A stretch of DNA of 64,000 nt from positions 99,707-163,706 of the forward strand of contig CAWBKP010000005.1 of assembly GCA_963789395.1 (NCBI GenBank), in the 5' to 3' direction. How positions within the stretch are numbered: position 1 is the first letter of the stretch; every line of letters begins with the position of its first letter. Shown here piece after piece: positions 46,141 through 57,915 of the stretch. Both the position numbers and the translations under genes were made by a program. This DNA is from an uncultured delta proteobacterium (GTDB lineage Bacteria > Desulfobacterota > Desulfobacteria > Desulfobacterales > Desulfatirhabdiaceae). The notes under the pieces were generated by a model. That model worked only from the letters and a program-made list of their open reading frames with translations. It made no database searches and had not been told where the DNA came from.

Positions 46141-48207
46141 TCAACCTTCCATGAGCCGGGCTGCCGGAAACTTGAGTCGGAACAGGCGCCCATCCCTTCC
46201 TGACTGATCAGCTCGATCTCGCCGCCGTAGTCCTTGACGATTCCATAGGTAATGGCCAGCCCAAGCCCCATATCGATGCTGCTTTCCTTGGTGCTGAAAA
46301 AAGGCTCGAAAATCTTGTCCCGTACCCCATCGGCGATACCGATCCCGTCATCTTCGACCTCGGCCACGACCCAATCGCCATCCTGAAAGGTGCGGAGGAT
46401 GATCTTTCCGGCTCGCGAATCCGGCATCCGCTCATTTTTTTCCGTTGATGGCATCCCTGGCATTGGTGACCAGATTAAAGAAAACCTGCTGAAGCCGGTT
46501 GTCATGCGCCATGATCGGGACGATGGATTCGGCAAGCTGAAGATCCATGCGGATATTGTCCAGTTCGAACTGACGGACGACCAGGGTGAAAACCGCCTGA
46601 ATGGGCTTGTTGATATCCAGCCGCTCCATAATGAGCTCGGCCTTGCGGCCGAACGCGCGCAGGGTGTTGATGATTTCGGCGGCCCGGTCAACCTGGGTGC
46701 TCATTTCCGTCACCACTTCCCGAAGATGTTCCGGCGGGATTTCCCGGTTCTGCTCCACCATCAGGCCCAGGAAATCACTTCCCATCTTGATGGCATTCAG
46801 CGGCTGATTCAGCTCGTGCGCGATGCCGGCCGACATTTCCCCCAGGGATTTCATCTTGCTGGCCTGAATGAGCTGGGCATCCTTTTCGATCATTTCCGTG
46901 ATGTCGGTGGAGGCCACCACAATGGCGGGCTGCCCTTTGTAAGTGATGTTGCAGGCATGCAGATTCACATAGAGCGGCTTATGCCCTTTTTTGAAATGAA
47001 GCGCCTTGGGGAAATTGACAAGGCCGTCGGCATCGGTCTTGTCCTGAAGGGACTGAAAGAACTCGGGGGTGTGCTCCGGGCCCATTTCCGTAAAGGATTT
47101 GCCGATCAATTCCGCCTTGCTGTAGCCGTAGACTTCCTCGGCCCTGGGATTGGCATCGATGATTTCAAACGTCCGGTAGCTCACGACAAAAATGGGGTCC
47201 GGTCCGCTGTTAAAGAGGGAGCGGTATTTTTTTTCCGACTCCCGGAGCCGGCGGCGATAGAGGCGGATGCTCCAGATCATGTTGTAAAAGGAGTTGGCCA
47301 GCTGCACGACCTCGTCCCCTTTGTGTCCCCGATAGAAGCGGCAGTCCCTGCAGATGGCGGGGCTGTCCGCCACCCCGTCCTCGCCGGTAAGGGCCGTGCC
47401 ATCCAGATGCCAGCAGGGCAGGTCCGTATTGACAAACGCCGGGCATTCGGGCGGCTGGTCCCCATCGGTAAAAGGCTCTGTTTCCAGCTTCACCTCAAAA
47501 TTGCCCTTGCTCAGTTCATCCGATATCTGGGTGAGCCGGGATATGGGCAGGGTGATATACTTGGCCAGCCAATGACTGATCACAAAGATGATCACGATGA
47601 CCATCGAAATGAAGCTTAAAAACGTGAAGCGCAGCTTGGCCACCAGCTGATCGATGTGATTCTTGTTCAGCCCCACGTGAACCGTGCCGATGCGATAGAT
47701 TCCCTGGGCGATCGGAATGGCGATGTCGTAGGACATCTGGTTTCCGAACTGGCAAAGCCGAACGCTTTTGGATTCCAAGGCCGGCACCCGGTTGGCCAGG
47801 CGCAGGGATTCCGGGAACCGGCGCGTGAGGGTATGGCTGAGAATCTGGTCGTCGCGGTCGCTGACAAAGATATAGGAAACCAGGTTCTGGCGTTCCTTGA
47901 GCTTGGCCTCGTCAAAAATCAGGCTGAGCAGCTCGGGATAGTTCTTGTCCAGAATGAATCCGCTGCTGCGCTCGGCAATGGTCCGGGCAATGGCGATCCC
48001 GCGCAGCTCCAGCTCCGAAATCAGGGTGGAGACCAGAATCCAGCGGGCCAGAAAGGCAATGATGGCGCTGATGATCAGGATGACCGCCAGAATGGAGAAA
48101 AAAATCTTGTTTTTCAGGCTGATATCCCGAAAGCGCTTTAACGCTCCCTGGATAAAATCCTGCCGGACGGCCGGCTCAATGGGATGCGGCGTGCTGGGAT
48201 TTGACAT
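46141..48207 (-). CDS. Membrane sensor histidine kinase (2TM, HAMP with Cys-rich insert, PAS, HisKA, HATPase)
   Basis: AHELNQPL H-box; QVFFNLVTNARDA; DDGIG, FEPFFSTK, GLGL in the shifted frame. Confidence 0.93.
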
Positions 48208-49574
48208 CTGTCCAATCTTTGATCAGAGAGAATTGGCCGTTTTCCAGCCGGGTGAAATAGACGCGATCCAGGCCCTGATGATCGGATGGGACTGAAGGAG
48301 ATTTTGATATCCAGCCCGGGCGTAAAATCATGGATGGATTCAATGGCCTGGATGAATCCGTCCCGGGTCAGATCGCTGCCGGCCCGCTGCAGCCCTTCAA
48401 CCAGAACCCGGGCATTGATGAATCCCTCCAGGCCCACAAAGCTGGGCCGGTCTTCGGGGTAATAACGCTTCAGAAGCGTCAGGTAGCCGGCCTCTCCGGT
48501 AAGAAGCGGACTGGCGTCCTGCCGGTCCGGGTCCGGAGGCGGAACCACCTGAGACACGATCACCGTAAGGTTCTGGTAGTTTTCCAGCCTGCGGGCCAGC
48601 TCATCGGCCCCGACAAAGGAAACCAGGTAGAAAACAGGACGGAATCCCTTTTCATCGGACATCTTGATGAATGCGGCGCAAGGGTCATAGGTGCCGATCA
48701 TCACCACGGCCTCGGCGCCCGAGCTGATGATTTTGGCCAGCCCCTCCTGCACATCCAGCGTGCCGCGGTTGTAAGAGCCGCTGGCAACCGGAACCAGGTC
48801 GAATTCCTTAAGCGCCAGTTCGGTACCGGTGAGGCCGTCGAATCCATAGGCATCGTACTGGTAAAAAATGGCGATTTTCTTCAATCCCAGGTCGGTCACC
48901 AGATGGCGGACAGCCACCTTGGTTTCCTGGTAATAGGAGGCCCGCACATTGATCAGCCAGCGATTGAAGGGATCTCTCAGGGCATTGGCGCCGGTGAACA
49001 TTCCCAGAAGCGGAATCTGGGCTTCCTCGACGAGCGGCAGAATTCGAACCGTCGTAGGGGTTCCGACGTAACAGAAAAGGGCGAAAACCTGATCATCGAT
49101 GATGAGGCGCTGGGTATTGGTCAGACACATGAGCGGATCATAGCTGTCATCATGGGCAATGACCTCGATCGTTCGGCCATGAACGCCGCCCAGTGAATTG
49201 ACGTAATTCAGATAGCACATGGCGCCGCGCAGGGTTTGGCTTCCCAGAAAACTGGCATGGCCTTTCAGGGCCAGGGAAGACCCGAGAAGGATCTTCGTGT
49301 CTGTCACGCCCTGGGTGCCGGTCTGCGGAACGGAAGGATCCGTGGAAGCACTGCAACCCGCCAGAAGCCAGAGCAGGCAACAAAGGCCGACGAAGCCCCC
49401 TGACCGCAATCGGTCCCATGTCCTCCGGGCAGCAGAGAAAAACCGGCTGAGCCACACGGGCGAGCTTTCCGCTGTTGCGGGGCGACATGCGCCGCAATCG
49501 GGCAGATGTTTCGTGCCAGTCAAATTCGGCCGGCTTCCGAAAAGAGGCCAGGGAGAAAACAGGCGGGGGTGCAA
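48176..49574 (-). CDS. Periplasmic binding lipoprotein, LivJ/PBP1 family (start uncertain)
   Basis: Lipobox LLAGC; GGVHGR.I, DDSYDP, YVGTPT, NVRASY, EGFINA. Confidence 0.9.
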
Positions 49575-49628
49575 GAAGATTCATTTTGGCCGCATCCGTC
49601 AGATAGGAACTCGTTTTTGGGTGGGTCG

Positions 49629-49657
49629 AGTATATGAAGACCGCGCCGGCGTGTCAA
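49629..49657 (-). promoter_or_regulatory. Near-consensus sigma70 promoter for the PBP-HK operon
   Basis: Minus strand TTGACA-N17-TATACT. Confidence 0.8.
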
Positions 49658-49810
49658 GTTTTTTATAGTTGACAGGCATGCTTTCAGGGCTTCGGAAACT
49701 GAAGTGCGGCCCCCTGCCCTTGATTTTGGCAGTGGAATTTCTCCTGCTAATGATTGAATTCGATGCTTCATACGGCAGAAGTCGCAAAACCCTCAGGACA
49801 CTTTCTCGTC

Positions 49811-50434
49811 TCATGACGATACCACCCTCGGTGTGAGCAAGCCGGTATCGATCAATTTTCTCGTATAAGGTTTTTCTGCGATATCCCCAGGCTTTGCGCT
49901 GCAAGGCTTTTGTTCCCCTGGTGTTTTTCCAGGGTTTTTTGAATCAGTTCCGTCTCCATCTGACGCAGGGTAACGCCGCTGCCGGGAAGCCCCTGAATGA
50001 TCGACATGCCGGCAACTCCGGTCGGCAAGGCCGGATTCAGCCAGAATTTTGGACGGCAGGTCTTCTACGGTAATGGTTGTGCTTTTGGACAGGATCATTG
50101 CCCTGGGCGACACTGTTCTTCAGTTCCCGGACATTGCCCGGCCAGCTGTAGTCGATCAGAATCTGCATGGCTTGCGGATCGACTTTTTGAACCGGCTTTA
50201 TGTACTGCCGGGCAAACACCCGGATGAAATGATCCACCAGCAGGCAGATGTCGTTTCGGCGTTCGCGCAGCGCCGGCACCCGGATCGGTACGACCTCGAT
50301 CCGGTAGAGAAGATCTTTCAGAAACCGGCCGGATTTGATTTCCGCATGCAGATCCAGATTGGTGGCAGCAATGATCCGCACGTCCACATTGCGGGATGTG
50401 GTGCCGCCCACCGGTTAAAAGGCCATTTCCTGAT
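49811..50434 (-). pseudogene. 3' remnant of a sigma54-dependent (NtrC/Fis) activator
   Basis: QEMAF*PVGG (in-frame TAA), DVRIIAATN, LRERRNDI, WPGNVRELKN, Fis HTH; no GAFTGA or N-terminus. Confidence 0.85.
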
Positions 50435-51060
50435 CCTTGGCCACCAAAGAGGGTGCCGAAAGCATGCGGGCGGCGGCGCTGGCAATTGCAGAAATAAACC
50501 GCAGCGGCGGTATCCGGGTGAATCACCGCAGGATTCCCGATACCGCTATGTCTTTGGGACCGGACGCAACACCAAATATCTGGCCGATGCGCTGAATCAG
50601 ATCATGAAATATTTACACACCCGGTTTGGTCTGACCCTTGTGTATATTCTGACCCAAAATATGGCCTGGGCGCGGTCAACAGCCGCCATCATGATCAAAC
50701 TCTACTTCGACGGAATGAGCTGGCAGGCACTGGGCACCGATCAGTTTGCTTACGGTGCATCGGATTTTTCTTCATCTCTGAAAAAGCCATGGCAAAAGGC
50801 ACCCAGGTGATCCTGCCCATTTTCGATATGCCCCAAAGGGGCAAATTGTCCCGACACTGGAAAGAAATAGAAATTCCCGCCATGATGTGCAGGTTTATTT
50901 CCCCCATGATCAGACAAGGGGCATTGAAGGCATTAAACGGTCAGATATCGGGAACATTGGATGTCGTGTTTGAACTGGGCAATATCCCTTCTGAGTGCTA
51001 CCGACCGGCCAGCACATTTTACAGCGCTTATACGGAAAAAGGCGCATCGTCTACCCACCT
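50434..51060 (+). pseudogene. Degenerate branched-chain-type ABC substrate-binding protein fragment
   Basis: ALAIAEINRSGGI joined directly to YRYVF...GASDFSS...VILPIFDMP; no signal peptide; internal deletion inferred. Confidence 0.65.
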
Positions 51061-51186
51061 TCCATCGCCGATGGAGAGATCGAGAATCCCTTTCACCCAT
51101 TTCCCCTTATAGTTCATTGACGGCTGGAAAACAGCACCAACCCTATTCACATAGACATGATTTTGTTTTGGAGGTTGCTGCAGTCA

Positions 51187-51483
51187 TCATTCTCTTAAGC
51201 CATAGTGAAACATTTCGTAGGCTGTTTTGCCACCCAGCAGGGCATCAATTTTGTTTTGAATTTCCTGCCGTTTCTTACTCTTGAGCCAATTTTCCCAATC
51301 ATTGGCCGATGCCCACGTACTGATGACCAGATACACATCCGGTCTGTCACTGCTTTTCAAGGTTTCACCGGAAATATACCCGTCCTGCTCCGTGGCAAGC
51401 GATCTCATCTGTTTAAATAAACTTAACATGTCCCTGGCGTTTTCCTGTTTAACGGTCCGTGTAATAAGAATCTTTACGCTCAT
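51187..51483 (-). CDS. Antibiotic biosynthesis monooxygenase (ABM) family protein
   Basis: QDGYISGETL, YLVISTW, W..WLKS..R; GGAGG RBS. Confidence 0.88.
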   Translation of the reverse strand: MSVKILITRTVKQENARDMLSLFKQMRSLATEQDGYISGETLKSSDRPDVYLVISTWASANDWENWLKSKKRQEIQNKIDALLGGKTAYEMFHYGLRE

Positions 51484-51712
51484 AGCTTCCTCCATATATT
51501 CTTTATGGGTTGAGTGACTTACGGGGACATCCACATCCCCCACAGTGCCCCCGGAATTCCCCAATGGGGCTGCCTGACAATATGAACATCTGCGGTTTGC
51601 CCGAAGCATATTTTTTAGATTCTTGTCCCTCGAATGCATTTTTTCGGAATCAAAAGTGCCGGTTTTTCGTTAAGTTGAATATGAGATTTCACAACTTCCT
51701 CAATACTTGATT

Positions 51713-54613
51713 TCATATGGCCCGATCAAGTTCTTCCCTGACGGCCAGTCCCAGTTTGTCTATCGTATAAGGTTTAAGCACATAGGCACCTGCACCAAGC
51801 GTCTGGGCGGCCTTCACCCGATCCGTCTCTGAAAAGCCGCTGACGATAATCGCTTTCTGTTCAGGATGGATCTCAATTACCTTCCTGTATGTATCCAGTC
51901 CGTCGATACCGGGGTCCATAATCATATCCAGGACCATGAGATCAACCGAATGCAACTTCAGGCAAGCCACCGCCTCTTCACCGCTGGAGGCGCATGTCAC
52001 GTTGTAATTCAATTTAGTGAGCATATCTTTTGCCAGATCACGCTGCTCCTTTACATCATCCACAATTAGAATTGATTCGCTTTTCCCCATGTATCTGGCA
52101 ACGGATACGGCAACATATTCGGCGGATAATTCTTCCCGCGTTACGGGGAAATACAGGATAAACGTGCTTCCTTTTCCCTCTTGGCTATGCACATTGATGT
52201 ATCCATGATGATCTTTCACCGTACCCCAGACCACCGCCAGCCCCAATCCCGTTCCGCTTCTCCCCATGACTTTCTTCGTATAAAACGGCTCAAAAATGCG
52301 TTTAAGATCAACCGCATTTATCCCTTCCCCTGTATCGGAGACGGAAAGGACGACATAATCTCCTTTGCGGATTTCGTCATAGCCATGAATCGGCTTGTCC
52401 AGATACTGATTGGCAGTTGTGATGGTCAGAATCCCGCCTTTGGGCATGGCTTCACTCGCATTGGATACCAGATTGAATATCGTCTTGCCAAGATGCACGG
52501 AAGAACCGGAGATGTTCAGAAGATCCGGTTCGAGTTCGATATTGATACTGTACGGAGGGATGGAAGGAAATCAGTTGCGCAAACTCCGGAGACTTCTGGC
52601 AGTCAGAGATGATCCTGTTCAGATTCAGCACATCCCTTACGGGAACCCCCCGTCTGGCCAGCGTCAGCAGATCCTGAACGATAGAGGCGGCCCTCTGGCC
52701 GCCTGTCATAATCGCCAAAAGCTTAGGCCGGATTGCGCTCGACTCGTTTTCCTGAAGGAGGAGCAGCTCCACATAGCCGACCACCACCCCCAGCACATTG
52801 TTGAGATCGTGGGCAACCCCCCCCGCAAGGATCCCCAGCGACTCCATCTTCTCAGCGCGTTGCAACGCTCCTCCAGACTTCGCTTTTCATCCTCAAACTG
52901 GCGGCGTTCGGTGATGTCGCGAAGGACGCCTTCCTCCTGAAGATACTGACCGTTTTCATCGAAACGCATGTGGGAGTTCAATTCCATCCACCGGACAGTC
53001 CCGTCCTTCAACCGAACCCTAAATTGAAGACCTCTGGTATATTCCCGATGATCATGCTATCGCCTGCATGAAGGAATTGATCAGCATTTCCTGGTCATCC
53101 GGGTGGATGATGTCAAGAAACGGTTTGCCCACGATCAACTCATCTTCATAACCATAATGAAACCGGCAGGCTTATTGACTGCCATAACATTTCCCATGAT
53201 ATCGAGCGAATAGATGACATCCAGGATGTTGTTGGATAGCGTCCGGTATTTCTCCTCGCTCTCCCTCAGCGCTTCTTCAGCCTGCCAGCGATCCGTGATA
53301 TCCCGAACCGTAACAATGACCCTGTCATCGCTGCCGATGGTGGCCAGCTTCATCTTAATTTCACCCCAGAACAACCGGCCGTCTTTTCTCCTTGAATGCC
53401 ACTCCAGCTGCTGCGGCAGACCCGCCATCGCCTTCCGGATCCAGCCGGCCGCATCCGACCGGGTATCCGGGGCTGAACAAGCGCTTATATCCACAACAGA
53501 GAGCTGGAGGGCTTCCTGATGGGAATAGCCGTACATATCGCACATGGTCTGGTTGACATCGATAATATTGCCAGATGGCACTTCAAGAATAAATATGGCT
53601 TCGTTACTGGCATTATAGATTGACTGGAAACGATCATTGCTGTCACGCAGCAGGTTTTCCTGGTTAATCCTGAGCTGTATCTCCTGCTGCAGGGCGGTGG
53701 TTTTTTGGGCAACCGTTCGCCTCAAACTCCACAACCAGAGAAACAACAAGGCCAGAATCACCCCGATCACAACAATACCGGCAAAAACATACCTGACCCA
53801 CTTCATGTCATGGATCGGCGCGCCGTACCATTTCTGGTCAATTTCCTTGTATTCGGTCTTGGAAATCTGGGCAAAACCGCTTTCAACCTTTTCAAGTATT
53901 GCCTGGTGTCCCTTCAGAACCGCCCGGTGAAATTCGCCGGAATAGAGCGGCTGGGTTATGTTGAATTGATTCTGGATCCCCATTTTGAAGAGAAAATAGA
54001 GCGCAGGGGGTTTGTCAACTGTGAATACGTTCACCTTGCCATCGCGGGCTGCTTCTACAATCGTCTCATAATTCTTGAATTCGATCAGGTGGGTAACGCC
54101 TTTGGCTGAAAGCACTTCCATGGCGGAATCCCCTGCCTTGACCCCGACGGCAAACCCCTTAAGATCATCTGCGTCGTGTATGCCGGATATGTCCGAGCGG
54201 AAAAAAATCGGCACGTCAATACGCGCATACGGTTCTGAAAAATCATAGATTTGTTCGCGCTTCTCGTTGCGGAAGATGGTGTCGATAACGTCAAATTCAC
54301 CGGCCAGCATGCGGCGCTGGGCATCATCCCAGTCCATGGCGTTCAACTGGACGGGGATACCTGTTTTTTCCTCCCACTTGCGCCACTGATCAACAAGGAT
54401 GCCTTTTAACAGGCCACTGTTATCCTTAAAGATATAGGGCGGGTAGTTGTCGTCCATGACGACCCGGATAGATTGAATGGGTGCCGTTGCATCCTCACCG
54501 CCAGCGGCAGCAAACACATACGCCGGAACAGATAACAGTCCAATGAGGAAAATGATGCTTCTGCAAAAGTTTAATAATCCGATAATAAGTCGGTTGTTGT
54601 ACATTTTTTTCAA
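51713..54613 (-). CDS. Hybrid sensor kinase: SBP_bac_3, PAS-PAS, HisKA, HATPase, REC (frameshifted)
   Basis: DDNYPPY periplasmic domain; RDITDR PAC; GGVAHDLNN; GTGLGL; LIVDD...DMIM. Confidence 0.92.
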
Positions 54614-54679
54614 TATTAACCTATTGTATTTATATGAAAATAAAATTCCAATTTATGACTTGCTGCAAGTTCATCAAGT

Positions 54680-54900
54680 TTGACGGCTTCGTAAAAAGCG
54701 CGCCACATGCCGCCGTGCGGCGCTGTATCGGAAAATAACTTCGGGGAAGTTATTTCAGGCCAGGCAATTCTCCTTGAACACGTTCAGATCGGCGCCGGGT
54801 ATAGCATTTCGCGATTGTCGATGCACAATTTCAGTTATCATAACACAATGACATTCAGGTTAAAAGACCAGTGCGATCCCATTCACCCCGAGTCCATCAA
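54680..54900. mobile_element. MITE/REP-like element of about 220 bp with imperfect terminal inverted repeats
   Basis: Left end TTGACGGCTTCGTAAAAAG; right end reverse-complements to TTGATGGACTCG (9/12); internal hairpin AAATAACTTC-GGG-GAAGTTATTT. Confidence 0.5.
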
Positions 54901-54975
54901 TTTTCTTGACGCCATGTTTTATTGCTGTTATTCCCTTGAAATATTTCACCAATAATTTTTCTATGGAGGCGTCGA

Positions 54976-55955
54976 ATGAAAAAGAGTTTTGGGGTTTTCG
55001 CAGCTATTTGTGGGTTCATGGTCTTTTCCGCCCTGCCGGTTCCGGCACAGCAGATCACCCTCACCTGGACGGCCGGCGGGGCCGGGGGCGGCTGGTACAG
55101 CATTGCCGGCGGCATCGCCACCATCATCAAGGAAGCCGACCCGGATATCGTGATCAAGGTCATCCCCGGCGGCGGGCTTCAGAATCCGGCCGTGGTCGCC
55201 AGCAAAGGGGCGGAGATCGGCTGGGGACTGCCATTCCTGAACGCTGCGGCTTACAAGGGCCTGGCACCGTTTGAAAAGCCCCTCGACGGGCTGCGCGCAC
55301 TGGCCGGCGGCATGAGCATGAACTATTTCCATTTTTACGTGGATGCGGAATCCCCGCTCAATACAATGGACGAGATCTTCGGCCAGAAGAAAAAAGTGCG
55401 TCTGGCCATCTCCCAGGCCGGCAGCTCCGACACCTGGGTCCTGGAGCGCGTGCTCGATTCCTATCAGACGAGCATCCCGGATCTGGAAAAGGCCGGCTTC
55501 ACGTTCCTGCGCGGCAACTATGCCTTCCAGGCAAACCAGTTCAAGGACAGGAACGCGGACGGGGTCTTTACCTTCCTGGCCATTCCCGGCGCCAGTGTGA
55601 CCGAGGCATCCGTCGGCCGCAAACTCAAGCTGATCGATTTCTCGGAGAACGCTCTCAAGTACCTCGAACAGTTCGGCATCACCAAGGGCAAGATCCCTGC
55701 GGCACCTACGAGAATGCGGCAAACACCAAGGATGTCGTCACCGCTGCTGCGGGCAGCGTCATCACTGTTGACAAGGATATGAGCGACGAGTTGGCCTACC
55801 GTTTGACCAAGGCTTTCAACGATAACTATGAAAAGGCCAGAAAGGTTCACTCGAGCATGGAGACTTACGAGATCAAGGACGGCCCGACCGGCTGCGGCGT
55901 CCCGCTGCACCCGGGAGCGATCAAGTACTACAAGGAAAAAGGCCTTCTGAAATGA
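54976..55955 (+). CDS. TAXI family TRAP solute-binding protein (frameshift near 55705)
   Basis: Signal peptide; TAGGAGGGWY; C-terminal VPLHPGAIKYYKEKG. Confidence 0.93.
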
Positions 55956-56004
55956 AACGCCTATGGTGTTGGATGGGCCTAACGGGTTTGGAGGGCTCAC
56001 GCGC

Positions 56005-57900
56005 ATGCGGCAACTGACTCTCCCCTGGAAGCTACCCATCCTGGTGATGGCGGTGATCGCCGGGATATTCCACTATTATTGCGCGGGTTTCGGCTCGCCG
56101 GAGCCCCGTACCTTGCGGGGCCTGCATCTGTCCATGCTCCTGCCGTTTGTTTTCATGCTTTTCCCGGCCTGGAAAAAATCCCCGCAACACCGGCCGAGCG
56201 TGATCGACCTGCTGGCGGCAGCCGTGTGCCTGGCAGCATCTCTTTATACGGTATTTTATGCCGACCGCCTCAACCTGCGTTTCGTCGGCTTTCATCCCGT
56301 GCGTCCGGAGGAGGTGGTGCTGGGAGGTCTTCTGGCGATTGCCGTCATCGAGGCATGTCGGCGGTCCATTTCCAAGTGGTTTGCCGTGACGGTCGGGTTC
56401 ACCCTGGTCTACCTGATGACCTGCCAGTTCTGGCCCGGGATGTTTCACTACAATAAAGCGTTTACGCTCGACCGCGCCGTGGAAATCCTCTACCTGCCGA
56501 CCGACGAAGGCATTTTCGGCTTTCTCATGGGGATATCTGCCGAAATCCTGTATATCTACATTCTGTTTGCGGCAGTGCTGATTCATACCGGAGCCGGGGA
56601 TTTTCTGATCGAATTTGCCGGCTGGGCCGCCGGCTGGGCCCGGGGCGGGGCAGCCAAGATTGCCGTCATCTCCTCGGCCCTCTACGGCACCGTTTCCGGA
56701 TCAACCGTGGCAAACGTTTACGCCACGGGTTCCTTCACGATCCCCCTGATGAAGCGCAGTGGCTACACCGCCAAACAGTCCGCTGCCATCGAAACCGTGG
56801 CAGGCATCGGCGGGCAGATCATGCCGCCCATTATGGGAGCCGGCTCCTTCATCATGTCCGAAATAACGGGCGTCCCCTATTTCACCATCATCAAGGTGGC
56901 GATCATCCCTGCCTTCCTGTATTACCTGGGCGTCTTTTGCATGGTGCACTTCATCGCCCTCAAGCGCGGAATCCAGCCCGTCGATCGGGCAGAGCGTCCG
57001 CCGTTCCGACGGCTTGTCCGTCACTGCTATTTTTTCCTGCCCTTTGTGTCAGTCGTGGGATTGCTGGCCTATGGGTATTCGCCATCCAAGGCGGCATTTC
57101 ACACAATATGGATCACCCTGCTGCTCAGTTTTCTCGACCGAAAGACCTGGCTGAACCCGAAAAAACTAATGGACATCTTCTTCGGATCGCTCGTCAACTG
57201 CGCCCTGATCGCTGCGGTCCTGGCAGGATCCGGGATGATGGTCGGCGTGCTGACCCGCACCGGCATTGCCCTGTCCTTCGGCTCCATCCTGGTCTCATTT
57301 TCCTTGAATTCTCTCCTTTTGGTGCTGCTCTTGACGTTCCTTGTGGTTAGCGTTCTGGGTACCGGAATTCCCACAACGGCTGCCTACATCATCGGCGTCA
57401 CGGTCGGCGCCTATGCCCTGAGCAAATTCGGCGTCCCGGCTCTGGCCGCACATTTCTTCGTTTTCTACTATGCGGTGCTGGCTGACATGACGCCGCCAGA
57501 CGCTGTCACCGCCTTTGCCGCCGCCAACATCGCCGGCGCCGACCCCATGGCTACCGGCTTTGAGGGTTTCAAGCTGGGGATCGCAGGGTTCCTGGTGCCT
57601 TTCGCCTTCGTCTTCCAGCCGGAGCTGCTTCTGAATGGCACCCCCATGCAGATCGCCTTTACCCTGGCAACGACAGTCTTTGGCGTGATCTGCCTGTCCG
57701 CCGGCGTCATCGGACATCTCTTCGCACCCATCAAGCGCGTCCAGCGAATCCTTCTTGTCGGTGCGGCCTGTTTCCTGGTGTTTGCCGAGGAGATCTATAT
57801 CATCATCGGACTCTGCGCCGGACTGGGAACCTGGATATGGTCATACATGGAACGCCGATTGTCTGCGGCTGGGCCTTTGGACGCCGGCCAGGAAGTCTGA
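56005..57900 (+). CDS. TRAP transporter fused 4TM/12TM permease
   Basis: GGAAKIAVISS, SGSTVANV, GGQIMPPIMGA, GIPTTAAY, DMTPP. Confidence 0.96.
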   Translation: MRQLTLPWKLPILVMAVIAGIFHYYCAGFGSPEPRTLRGLHLSMLLPFVFMLFPAWKKSPQHRPSVIDLLAAAVCLAASLYTVFYADRLNLRFVGFHPVRPEEVVLGGLLAIAVIEACRRSISKWFAVTVGFTLVYLMTCQFWPGMFHYNKAFTLDRAVEILYLPTDEGIFGFLMGISAEILYIYILFAAVLIHTGAGDFLIEFAGWAAGWARGGAAKIAVISSALYGTVSGSTVANVYATGSFTIPLMKRSGYTAKQSAAIETVAGIGGQIMPPIMGAGSFIMSEITGVPYFTIIKVAIIPAFLYYLGVFCMVHFIALKRGIQPVDRAERPPFRRLVRHCYFFLPFVSVVGLLAYGYSPSKAAFHTIWITLLLSFLDRKTWLNPKKLMDIFFGSLVNCALIAAVLAGSGMMVGVLTRTGIALSFGSILVSFSLNSLLLVLLLTFLVVSVLGTGIPTTAAYIIGVTVGAYALSKFGVPALAAHFFVFYYAVLADMTPPDAVTAFAAANIAGADPMATGFEGFKLGIAGFLVPFAFVFQPELLLNGTPMQIAFTLATTVFGVICLSAGVIGHLFAPIKRVQRILLVGAACFLVFAEEIYIIIGLCAGLGTWIWSYMERRLSAAGPLDAGQEV

Positions 57901-57915
57901 AGGAAATTTTTCTCC

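Noticed and set aside
46390..47619. Long antisense ORFs (e.g. 46390..47619 +, 27073..27996 +, 59058..60110 -, 44776..45822 +)
   Set aside because: Shadow ORFs opposite well-supported genes in GC-rich DNA, with no recognisable motifs
49503..49519. Possible sigma54 promoter TGGCACG on the minus strand
   Set aside because: GG-to-GC spacing is 13 rather than 10; a strong sigma70 promoter lies upstream
50049..50810. 253-aa ORF as a novel protein
   Set aside because: Chimera of antisense sigma54-activator sequence and a decayed binding-protein fragment
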